Assembly: GCA_902797795.1 (NCBI GenBank)
Contig: CADBUF010000024.1
Location: 1 to 60,446, forward strand
DNA: 60,446 bases
Reading direction: 5' to 3'
Origin: an uncultured Erysipelotrichaceae bacterium
Lineage (GTDB): Bacteria; Bacillota_I; Bacilli_A; RFN20; CAG-826
Both the position numbers and the translations under genes were made by a program. Shown piece after piece: positions 16,916 to 25,590 of this stretch (position 1 is its first letter; the number at the start of each line of letters is the position of its first letter). The notes under the pieces were generated by a model. The model worked only from the letters and a program-made list of their open reading frames with translations. It was not told where the DNA came from and made no database searches.

Positions 16916-19471
16916 TTAATATAACCTAATATTCAATTCGTTTTCGTAGATTTGTGTCTTTTCTAAGTCTGGGATTAATTTGACTTTTTCGCCGAGTTGA
17001 ATATCTCTTTCTTGGTTGATATAAACCACGACCTTCTCACCGAAAAGTTCACCGGTGCATTTATACATCTTCACATCACCATAATTGACAAATGAGACCA
17101 CTTTGAATTCAAGACCATCTTTATCTTCTTTAAAACCATTATGTGGAACTTCCACTCTAAAGGTCTTAGTAAAGACTTTATTTCCTAAACCTTGAATAAT
17201 TCTATTAGTGATAGCATCTGGTATGAGTTGATATTTTGTTTCGTATTTGAAGAAGAAAATTAATTGAGCGTGTAAGAGATCATCTTCTTTTTTCTTAGCG
17301 AGTTCTTTTTCTTTATTTGCGTAAAGTTTAGAAGCGCTTTCAAGAGGATAATATTCTTCTTTAAATTTATCTTGTTCGCCTTTAATTTCAGCCTTCAAGA
17401 AGTTCTTGTTTTGAGAGAAGTGAGCTTTTAAGCCATTGAGTTCGGTCTCTTTATCAAATTCTAAAGAATTAGTCTTTCTTTCAATGTCGTTAGCCTTCAT
17501 TTGTGGGAAAGATTCTCTAAAGATAGAATAGGCGAGTCTTCTTTGACGACGAGATTCTCTATCGCGGTTATTCATCATCGATTGTTTATAATCGCGCTTT
17601 TCATCTTCTTTCATCTTTTTATATTGCTCGTTGATCTTCGCCATTTCATCTTTATAGATTTGTTTATGTTTGGCTTTAGCCTCTTTTACGTCACGAGAAT
17701 ATTTAGCTTTCAATTCCTTAAGCTTCAGATTTGCTTCATTTTCTTTAGTCTTAAGTTCAGCTTGTTTTTCTATAACTTGAGGAGCTTTTTGTTCTTGTAA
17801 AGCAGCAGCTTCAGCAAGTTTAGCTTCTTTTTCAGCAGCTAAATCAGCTTCAAGTTTTTCATAACGAGCGTTAACTTCATTCACACGGTCATCACGAATC
17901 TTATTAAATGATTCATTTTCAGTGACCGCAAAAGCAGTCTTAAGATTAACAAATTGAGCGAATAAATTATCACGTTCCGCTAAAGGAGAAGCGACAAGTT
18001 TATCGTTTTCATCTCTAAATGTTGCTCTAGAATAATCAACAGCGAATTTAATCTTATCGCCTGCTTTGACCTTCTCACCAACCTCAACAAATAATTCTTT
18101 ATCAGCGGCTTTAACAAGGGCAATACGTGCTTCTCTATGTTCTTCAACTAAAATAACTTTCGCGTCAACTTCACCTTCTCCAACTTTAAGCGCGTCAAGA
18201 GGTAAAGATACTGTGCCATTTTTAAGGAAATCTACTGGAATTGATTCTGGTTTAGTAGAAACACCAAATAAATCCATTTTTTCATTTTCAATGGTCACTG
18301 GAAGAACATTATGATCTGGGACAGGTGGAATAATAGTCATTTCGCTTTCTGCATCAAATAAATGAATCTTTTCAACATTGACACGTGCTTTAATGACATC
18401 ACCTGGGACATGACCGAGTTTATTAGGTGCTTTAATAATCACCGAGGTTGTTGATTCTCCACCTAAACCTTCGATTTCTTTTAAATCACCATAGATAAGG
18501 GTTTCATTACCGAGTTCTTCAAAGTGAGAGATGGTAACATCGACGATGTTGTCACCCTTGCTGAGTTCTTCTTCTTCAGCAGAAATTGCTTCACATCTAA
18601 AGCCTAATACGATTGGTAATTTGCCTTGTAAATATTTCTTTTCAGCTTTAAGTAATTGTTGCTTTGAGAGTTTTAATGGGGCTTGTTCACAATCACTCCA
18701 TTTCACATACACTCCATCTTTTTCTTCTTGTAAAGTAACATTAAAGAAATTCATTTGTGGAGTACCAATAAATCCAGCGACGAATTTATTGATTGGGTGA
18801 TCATATAAGTTTTGTGGAGTGTCGATTTGTTGAACACGTCCAAGTTTCATAACAACAACACGAGTACCAAGTGTCATAGCTTCGACTTGGTCGTGAGTAA
18901 CATAAATAAATGTTGTCTTTAATTGTTGATGGAGTTTAGAGATCATGCTTCTCATTTGACCTCTTAATTTCGCATCTAAGTTCGATAATGGTTCGTCAAG
19001 AAGCATAACTTTAGGATTACGAAGAATCGCTCTTCCTAAAGAGACACGTTGTCTTTGACCACCAGACATCGCTTTTGGTTTACGGTCTAAGTAATCGGTT
19101 AAACCAAGAACATCTGCTGCCCACATCACCTTTTCATGAATTTCAGTTCTTGGAACCTTACGCAATGTAAGACCAAAGGCCATATTTTCATAAACGGTCA
19201 TATGTGGATAAAGAGCGTAGTTTTGGAAAACCATTGCGATATCTCTATCTTTTGGTTGCATATCGTTAACAAGAGTGTCGCCGATATAAAGTTCACCACT
19301 AGAAATATCTTCTAGACCAGCAATCATTCTTAATGTGGTTGATTTACCACAACCAGAAGGACCAACGAAGACGATAAATTCGCCATCTTTAATGTCCATA
19401 TTAAAGTCGCTAACAGCCTTATGTCCGTTAGGATAAACTTTGTAAATGTGTTCTAATTTTAGTGAAGCCAT
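16916..19471 (-). CDS. malK: MalK/MsmX-like sugar ABC transporter ATPase with a ~470-aa C-terminal extension
   Basis: Walker A GPSGCGKST, signature MSGGQRQR, Walker B MLLDEPLS, H-loop THD. A MalK-type regulatory domain runs to ~aa 378. Beyond it lie extra OB/TOBE-like segments and a long K/E-rich predicted coiled coil (851 aa total). Confidence 0.9.
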   Translation of the reverse strand: MASLKLEHIYKVYPNGHKAVSDFNMDIKDGEFIVFVGPSGCGKSTTLRMIAGLEDISSGELYIGDTLVNDMQPKDRDIAMVFQNYALYPHMTVYENMAFGLTLRKVPRTEIHEKVMWAADVLGLTDYLDRKPKAMSGGQRQRVSLGRAILRNPKVMLLDEPLSNLDAKLRGQMRSMISKLHQQLKTTFIYVTHDQVEAMTLGTRVVVMKLGRVQQIDTPQNLYDHPINKFVAGFIGTPQMNFFNVTLQEEKDGVYVKWSDCEQAPLKLSKQQLLKAEKKYLQGKLPIVLGFRCEAISAEEEELSKGDNIVDVTISHFEELGNETLIYGDLKEIEGLGGESTTSVIIKAPNKLGHVPGDVIKARVNVEKIHLFDAESEMTIIPPVPDHNVLPVTIENEKMDLFGVSTKPESIPVDFLKNGTVSLPLDALKVGEGEVDAKVILVEEHREARIALVKAADKELFVEVGEKVKAGDKIKFAVDYSRATFRDENDKLVASPLAERDNLFAQFVNLKTAFAVTENESFNKIRDDRVNEVNARYEKLEADLAAEKEAKLAEAAALQEQKAPQVIEKQAELKTKENEANLKLKELKAKYSRDVKEAKAKHKQIYKDEMAKINEQYKKMKEDEKRDYKQSMMNNRDRESRRQRRLAYSIFRESFPQMKANDIERKTNSLEFDKETELNGLKAHFSQNKNFLKAEIKGEQDKFKEEYYPLESASKLYANKEKELAKKKEDDLLHAQLIFFFKYETKYQLIPDAITNRIIQGLGNKVFTKTFRVEVPHNGFKEDKDGLEFKVVSFVNYGDVKMYKCTGELFGEKVVVYINQERDIQLGEKVKLIPDLEKTQIYENELNIRLY

Positions 19472-19486
19472 ATGACTTACCTCCTA

Positions 19487-20344
19487 TTAACCTTTAACCG
19501 CACCACCGGCAATACCTTCAACGTAGTATCGTTGTAGCCAGAAGAATAATGCGGTAATCGGGATTGATACCATCACTGCTCCAGCGCAGAATACTCCAAA
19601 TTCCGACATATCGGTGATCTTATATAAACCAACCGCGACTGTGTAATCAGCACTAGTCATCGTACGAGATGAACCAGCGATGAAATTTCCGAACATGAAG
19701 TCTCCCCAAGGAGAAGTAAAGGAAATCAAAATTGTGTAAATAATAATTGGTTTTGAAAGTGGAAGAATAATTCTCCAGAAAACCGTATTTTTGCTACCAC
19801 CGTCAATCATCACCGCTTCATCTAAGGATCTTGAAACAGTATCAAAGAATCCTTTAGCGATGTAGTAGCTCATCGCACTACTAGCGAAATAAACGATGAT
19901 CAGGGAGAACATTGACCCATCAATGCCAAGAAGCTGCAAGAGATAATAGTTAACAAGCATTCCTAGGAAGCCTGGGAACATACCAAGAATAAGAATTAAC
20001 TTCATTAATCCTTTGCGTCCTGCAAATCTAAGTCTACTTAAAGCGTAAGCAGTGGCTAAAACAAAGATTGTTTGAAGGACTGCGGTCGCTAAAGCGATGA
20101 GGAATGTATTAAGCCACCAATTAAGGAATGGACGAGTATCACTAGTAAATAAAGTTTTATAGTTATCAAATGTCCATTCAACAGGGAAGATACTCTTTGG
20201 ATTAGAGACCTTCGCAAATGATTGCATAATCAAATAGAAGAATGGGAAGAGCCAAATAACGCTGATGACTGTCAAAATGACATAGATGAGTACTCTTTGG
20301 CTTTTCTCAGCGAATCTTTTACTCGCAAAATGTTTTTCTGCCAT
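19487..20344 (-). CDS. malG: Sugar ABC transporter permease, MalG-like
   Basis: 285 aa, polytopic. EAA loop SLDEAVMIDGGSKNTVFWRIILP. Confidence 0.85.
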   Translation of the reverse strand: MAEKHFASKRFAEKSQRVLIYVILTVISVIWLFPFFYLIMQSFAKVSNPKSIFPVEWTFDNYKTLFTSDTRPFLNWWLNTFLIALATAVLQTIFVLATAYALSRLRFAGRKGLMKLILILGMFPGFLGMLVNYYLLQLLGIDGSMFSLIIVYFASSAMSYYIAKGFFDTVSRSLDEAVMIDGGSKNTVFWRIILPLSKPIIIYTILISFTSPWGDFMFGNFIAGSSRTMTSADYTVAVGLYKITDMSEFGVFCAGAVMVSIPITALFFWLQRYYVEGIAGGAVKG

Positions 20345-21879
20345 TATGAGAAGTCCTCCTCGTTCTTAACTGCGCCAGTACGTCCATAGAAGATAAGTGA
20401 GAAGAAGGCGATAACTAAGAAGACGAGTACGCCAAGCACACACGCCATCGCATAGTTCTTCGTCGAACCACTTTCCATAGACATCTTATAAATCCAAGTA
20501 ATAAGTAAGTCTGTTTCTCCAGGGTCACCATAACCGAGTTTCTTATCAAGAGAGAAGCTAGGTTCACCATGAGAGAGAAGATAAATGATGTTGAAGTTAT
20601 TAATATTACCGACGAATTGAGATAACAAATATGGTCCAGTAATAAATAACATATAAGGTAAAGTAATGGATCTATACATCTTGAAGGAACTTGCTCCATC
20701 AATACGTGCAGATTCATATAAGTCTTCTGGAATGTTCATTAAAATACCAGAAGAAATAAGCATTGTGTAAGGAACACCTACCCACGTATTAATAACAATG
20801 ATTATCACACGTGCGAGTGTTGCATTTTGGAATGGAGAAACTTTAGCAGGAACCCAACCAAATTTCACAAATAAATCGGTCAAGAATCCGTTAACATCAA
20901 GCATTCTATTAATGAGCATGAGGGAAACGAATTGAGGAACAGCAATTGTGAAAATAAGGACGGTTCTCCATAATTTCTTTAATTTAATTCCTTTTTTATT
21001 AATTAATAGGGCAACAACCATACCTAAGAAATAGTTGGTAAAGGTAGCAATTAATGCCCATAAAAGTGTCCAGGCTAAGATTTTAAAGAAGATACCAACA
21101 ACATTAGCCCCTCCATTAGAAAATCCCGAGAAGAGAAGACTATAGTTATCAAATCCAACCCAGTCAAATAAAGTAATTCTTTCAGCACCGTTATAGTTAG
21201 TAAAGCCAATCGTCACCATGAAAATAATTGGAATGATGGTGAAGGCTACTAAACCAACTAAAGGTACCGCTAAAAGTAAAGTGTGATATTTGCTATCCAC
21301 TAAATCTTTAAAGAATTGTTTATTGTTAGACATCTTACCGACTAAAGTATTGTCATATAATGATTTAGCGTCTCTGATAGAGAAATACCATAATACGACA
21401 AATAAAAGTGCCAAGAAGATGGTAACAATTGAATAAAGTAAAATTGTAAAGGAGTTGTCGCCAGTAGCAAAGGTACCATCAGCGACACCACTAGAAGGAT
21501 CAACCATGTAATGGCTGGTCAATGATAAAGTTCCGAGCGTACCAAGTTTTTGTAAGTACGGTAGACCAGTTCTAATAAAGAACCAAATAAACACAACCTC
21601 ATAGAGAAGGTATAAAATTCCGCGAGCGATTTCCTTGTGGAATATTTGATATAAACCAAACACTAAGAAGTTTCCTCTGACCCACCAGTTGCCTTTTGTC
21701 ATCGCTTTTTCAAGTGTTTTAAAAGGAACTGAGAGGGTGTGATTCCAGAATTTAAGAAGCTTTAAAGGAATGCTCTTGAACCAATTCAAGATACCTTTGC
21801 CAAAGTTTCTAAAGAAATTTCCTAAATCAACAAGGACTCTTTCAGGTTTAGTTAGTGATAAATATTGAAGTTTAGTCAT
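20344..21879 (-). CDS. malF: Sugar ABC transporter permease, MalF-like (long N-terminal region)
   Basis: 511 aa, polytopic. EAA loop DLYESARIDGASSFKMYRSITLP. 1-nt overlap with the downstream permease. Confidence 0.85.
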   Translation of the reverse strand: MTKLQYLSLTKPERVLVDLGNFFRNFGKGILNWFKSIPLKLLKFWNHTLSVPFKTLEKAMTKGNWWVRGNFLVFGLYQIFHKEIARGILYLLYEVVFIWFFIRTGLPYLQKLGTLGTLSLTSHYMVDPSSGVADGTFATGDNSFTILLYSIVTIFLALLFVVLWYFSIRDAKSLYDNTLVGKMSNNKQFFKDLVDSKYHTLLLAVPLVGLVAFTIIPIIFMVTIGFTNYNGAERITLFDWVGFDNYSLLFSGFSNGGANVVGIFFKILAWTLLWALIATFTNYFLGMVVALLINKKGIKLKKLWRTVLIFTIAVPQFVSLMLINRMLDVNGFLTDLFVKFGWVPAKVSPFQNATLARVIIIVINTWVGVPYTMLISSGILMNIPEDLYESARIDGASSFKMYRSITLPYMLFITGPYLLSQFVGNINNFNIIYLLSHGEPSFSLDKKLGYGDPGETDLLITWIYKMSMESGSTKNYAMACVLGVLVFLVIAFFSLIFYGRTGAVKNEEDFS

Positions 21880-21898
21880 AAATAAAGCCTAAAACTAA

Positions 21899-23707
21899 TT
21901 ATGCTCCCCAACTTTCATCAAGTTCGGTTAATAAAGCAAGAGCAACACTTCTTGTTAATGGGGTACCAACAGCAACATATTTATTTAAAACTGTGGTTAA
22001 TGTCTTACTGGTGTTATTGAAGTATTCATCACCAAAGACAGAAAGAAGTAGTGTTGAACCAGATTCTTTTTGTGCGTTTAAAGCAGCGATATGAGGTTCG
22101 TTAGCGCAGATGCTTTGTAATGTTTTTAAAGTAGGTTGTGTTTTTTCAACTGAATAACGATAATTTTGTGCATATTCAGATGTTAAGAATTGACAAATAA
22201 TGTGACAAACATTCTTTTTGTTTGTGTCAACGATTGAGTTATTAACACCATAGAATTTGTAACCTAAATAGGTGCAAAGTCTTGTGGTTTTTTCATCATC
22301 AATGTAAGGAACTGGCGCAACAGCGTATTTATCGCCCATTCTTTCTTTGAATTCTCTAACGTTAGAGGTATCAACGATAGTCGCGATAGCTTGGTTATCA
22401 CCTTCGCCTGGTGCTTCAGTTACTGCAGAGCTCCAGAATTCTTGACTCATAATGCTACTTGCAAGAAGAAGCGCGTCTTGGCCTTTTTCACATCTGAAAT
22501 TAGAACTACATGTATATGATGTGGTTTTTGGAGTAATTGTGAAATAGGATTCACCACCAGAATAGCTGTGTAAAGCACTGGCAGCGTAGAATCCGTTAGT
22601 GAGATTGTAATTGAAGTGCCAATCTTCACCACGGCTTGTACAAGCTTTATATAATCCACTGAGGGTGCTAATTTCAGAAGGATCTTTAATGACTGTTTTA
22701 TCATAGAACATGACAACACCATTATCAGCCGCAAATGGATAACCCTTAACGGATTGATTCCAAGTACAAGCGTCAACAGCGCCATCGAGCATTGAGTATT
22801 TGTAATCGCTATAAACGTTTCTACTAACAGGGGCTAAGGCACCGATGTTATTTAAGTTCATAGTTTGATCGGAAACGAATGGGAAGATGTCTGGTCCACT
22901 AGCGGCACCACTTGGGAAGTTAGCAACACCATCACCATCTTCAAAATCTTTATATGAGAAATTAACTGAGCTACCAGTTAATGCGTTGAAGCTATCACAT
23001 AAGGCTTTAACAACACCAGCAGATTTAATTGGTCTACCAACAACGATATCACCAGTTAATCCTAAGTTTCTTCCAACATAGATATCTAAACCGGTTGGGT
23101 CTTCTGGATCAACACTACTAGCGGTAACAGTAACGTCACAAGTCTTTGTAATACCGTTACTACATTCACCAGTAATAGTAGCGCTTCCTTCACCTTCACC
23201 AGTAATCATACCAGTTGCATCAACAGAGCAAACCGCTGGGTTGCTACTTGTAAATGTAACGGTTGAGGAAATTGGGCTAGCAGAATATGAAAGCTTAATG
23301 GTTTGTCCAACTGTTAAACTAGCAACAGGGGTTAAACTGAATACTTTCGCATCTGGATCAACGTTGACATTCTCAACGATAATTGTACAGTCAGCATAAG
23401 CTCCACCCATCGCGGCGGTAACTGTGGCTGTACCTTCTCCTAAAGCGGTCACAAAGCCTGAATTTGGGTTGCGGAAATACGCAACGTTCTCATTACTTGT
23501 GAACCAACGAACTGGAGTGTTCATGTGTCCTTTGTCAACTGATACCGTTAATTGCTTTGTTTCACCAGAGTTCATTCTAATAACAGAAGCAGAGATTTGA
23601 ATCTTGGCTTCGGTTTGACTACTAGAACTTGAAGAACATGAGGCAGTAGAAAAAGCAAGTAAGCTAGCACAAGCCAACAAAGAGAAATTTAGAGCTTTTC
23701 TTTTCAT
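21899..23707 (-). CDS. Sugar (probably maltodextrin) solute-binding lipoprotein with two N-terminal Big_2 domains
   Basis: 602 aa. Signal ends AFSTAS|C. Aa 34-195 form two Big_2-like domains. Aa ~205-602 look like a family-1 SBP (GPDIFPFVSDQ..., KGYPFAADNGVVMFYDK). Confidence 0.8.
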   Translation of the reverse strand: MKRKALNFSLLACASLLAFSTASCSSSSSSQTEAKIQISASVIRMNSGETKQLTVSVDKGHMNTPVRWFTSNENVAYFRNPNSGFVTALGEGTATVTAAMGGAYADCTIIVENVNVDPDAKVFSLTPVASLTVGQTIKLSYSASPISSTVTFTSSNPAVCSVDATGMITGEGEGSATITGECSNGITKTCDVTVTASSVDPEDPTGLDIYVGRNLGLTGDIVVGRPIKSAGVVKALCDSFNALTGSSVNFSYKDFEDGDGVANFPSGAASGPDIFPFVSDQTMNLNNIGALAPVSRNVYSDYKYSMLDGAVDACTWNQSVKGYPFAADNGVVMFYDKTVIKDPSEISTLSGLYKACTSRGEDWHFNYNLTNGFYAASALHSYSGGESYFTITPKTTSYTCSSNFRCEKGQDALLLASSIMSQEFWSSAVTEAPGEGDNQAIATIVDTSNVREFKERMGDKYAVAPVPYIDDEKTTRLCTYLGYKFYGVNNSIVDTNKKNVCHIICQFLTSEYAQNYRYSVEKTQPTLKTLQSICANEPHIAALNAQKESGSTLLLSVFGDEYFNNTSKTLTTVLNKYVAVGTPLTRSVALALLTELDESWGA

Positions 23708-23774
23708 AAGGCACCTACTTCTTTTAAAACTGAGAGATACTACTAACTAACGAGTAATATCTAAATACAAAATA

Positions 23775-23803
23775 AGTATAACTTTAGCGCTCGCATAACG
23801 CAA
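23775..23803 (-). promoter_or_regulatory. Promoter of the transporter operon (TTGCGT-17-TATACT)
   Basis: Minus strand reads TTGCGT (23803..23798), 17 nt, TATACT (23780..23775). The spacer contains a GAGCGCT palindromic core. The -10 is followed by an imperfect ATAC-N7-GTAT inverted repeat. Confidence 0.4.
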
Positions 23804-23835
23804 CGGATGAATTTATTTTTTTATAGGCGTATACT

Positions 23836-24315
23836 ATGCATATGAACGTTTTAGAACGAAGGAATGTTTTACATAGATTAATCACTGCCTTAATAGTAAG
23901 TGGTAACTTGGCTTTTACAATTTTTGTAATGGTCTATTTGTTTATAAACAAACCTCAAAATCAGACCGTCTCTTTAATTGCGTGTTTCTTTGCTTCTTTG
24001 ATGATGATTTTTGAGATCGTTTTCACTTTAAAAGGATGGAAAAAAGAAAGCTCACTTTACAAGATTGGTTTTAACCCTAATGGAACGATTAACACTATCC
24101 CAATTATTGCGATTATTGTGGCCTCTATTTTTGGATCAGGTTTACTCATATTAGCGAGTCTATTAAATGTTTATAAACATTTTGAACCAAATATTTCCAC
24201 TTCTTTTATCATCATGATCGCTTCGATTTATCTGCTCTCGAATTGTCTGATATATTTACTCTACATTTTCATGTTTAAGAAAAGAGAAGTAAATCTTAAA
24301 GCTCTTATAAAATAA
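23836..24315 (+). CDS. Small polytopic membrane protein, hypothetical
   Basis: 159 aa with about four hydrophobic helices. Followed by a terminator. Confidence 0.6.
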   Translation: MHMNVLERRNVLHRLITALIVSGNLAFTIFVMVYLFINKPQNQTVSLIACFFASLMMIFEIVFTLKGWKKESSLYKIGFNPNGTINTIPIIAIIVASIFGSGLLILASLLNVYKHFEPNISTSFIIMIASIYLLSNCLIYLLYIFMFKKREVNLKALIK

Positions 24316-24352
24316 AAACTTCATTCCCGTTAATAAGAGTGAAGTTTTTTTA
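24315..24352. terminator. Bidirectional terminator between convergent genes
   Basis: 10-bp stem aacttcattc/gagtgaagtt (one G-U pair), flanked by an A-run and a T-run. Confidence 0.6.
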
Positions 24353-25006
24353 TTCTCCGCTATGATCTGTAAGAACAAACCATACAGCTTTTACCATGAT
24401 TTTGAAATCGTACCAAACCGATCTATGTTCAATATATTTAATATCTAATTCAACCCATTCATCAAATGATAAACTGTTTCTATTTTTAGTGATTTGCCAT
24501 AAGCAGATAAGACCACCTTTGACATCTAAACGATGTTTTTGATATTCAGTATATTGCTTAACTTCTTCTGGTAGAGGTGGACGTGGCCCCACTATTGACA
24601 TTCTTCCAAGGAAGATATCCCAGAATTGAAGAATCTCGTCAAGTGATGTCTTTCTTAAGAATTTTCCAAATGGGGTGATACGTGGGTCATCTTTCATCTT
24701 AAACGCTGGTCCATCAGCCTCATTGAGACCTTTTTTGATAAGTTTCTTTTTAAGTCTATCCGCATTTTTAATCATTGAACGGACTTTGTGGAATTTGAAT
24801 GGTTTGAGATGTTTTCCAATACGAATAGAAACATACCATGGACGATGGAAATCTTCTAACCATTTGAGCAATAAAATCAATAAAATAAGCCAAGAGAAAA
24901 CACATAAAAAAGTAAAAGACGCAAAGATATCAAAGGCGCGCTTGAAAAAGCGGTAGCATAAGCCGTCTCTTACTTTAATCTCGCGATTATAATCTATTGA
25001 ACTCAT
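24350..25006 (-). CDS. Polyprenyl-phosphate sugar phosphotransferase (bacterial sugar transferase family, small PglC/WbaP-C-terminal type)
   Basis: 218 aa. One N-terminal membrane helix. Family motifs KFHKVRSM, DPRITPFGKFLRKTSLDEILQFWDIFLGRMSIVGPRPPLPEE. Confidence 0.85.
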   Translation of the reverse strand: MSSIDYNREIKVRDGLCYRFFKRAFDIFASFTFLCVFSWLILLILLLKWLEDFHRPWYVSIRIGKHLKPFKFHKVRSMIKNADRLKKKLIKKGLNEADGPAFKMKDDPRITPFGKFLRKTSLDEILQFWDIFLGRMSIVGPRPPLPEEVKQYTEYQKHRLDVKGGLICLWQITKNRNSLSFDEWVELDIKYIEHRSVWYDFKIMVKAVWFVLTDHSGE

Positions 25007-25048
25007 ATTTTAAGATATAAATTATTATATAATTTTGATGATAAAAAA

Positions 25049-25495
25049 TCAAACCAATGATGATTGGTAAATGAGAAGTATTTCTTCGGTATAAGCTTTA
25101 TATGATAAAGCAAAAAAGGCGACTGTTTTATAATCGTCTGTATAGACTTTTGTTTCAAAGTTTTGCACAAACGAATATTCGTAAGAATCACTGCTTTCTT
25201 TTCCAACAGTAATCATTAAACGTCTACGACTTTGATAATAACTTCCTTCAATCACTCCTGAATCATCTTGATACGCTAAAGTCATATCATTAAAGAAAGT
25301 GAATGAACTATTTTCAAATTCAGAAGCATAATAGCTGCTATCTTCTTTTTCAACAATCGCTCCCGCGTAATCAAAAGTGTGACCCATAACATCAATGTAG
25401 TTGTCTAAAACAACTTCATCGTAAAAGTTAGTTAAATCACCACAACTAGATAAAAAGATGATTGGTAATAATGTAAAGAGTTTTCTTAATCTCAT
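25049..25495 (-). CDS. Lipoprotein of unknown function
   Basis: 148 aa. Lipobox IFLSS|C. Confidence 0.7.
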   Translation of the reverse strand: MRLRKLFTLLPIIFLSSCGDLTNFYDEVVLDNYIDVMGHTFDYAGAIVEKEDSSYYASEFENSSFTFFNDMTLAYQDDSGVIEGSYYQSRRRLMITVGKESSDSYEYSFVQNFETKVYTDDYKTVAFFALSYKAYTEEILLIYQSSLV

Positions 25496-25547
25496 CCTAG
25501 TTATATTCTACAAATACTTGTTTATAAAATAAATAAGATTAATAGAA

Positions 25548-25580
25548 ATTAAAAAGAAGAACCCATCAAATGTGGGTTCA
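25548..25580 (-). terminator. Intrinsic terminator of the 1442-aa gene
   Basis: Hairpin gaaccca-tcaaatg-tgggttc, followed on the minus strand by ttctttttaattt. Confidence 0.65.
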
Positions 25581-25590
25581 ACTTTCATGA

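Noticed and set aside
23781-23797. cre/LacI-like sequence TGCGAGCGCTAAAG in the spacer of the transporter promoter.
   Set aside because: It has four mismatches to the cre consensus, and only the central AGCGCT is palindromic. It is kept as a note in the promoter feature, not called as an operator.
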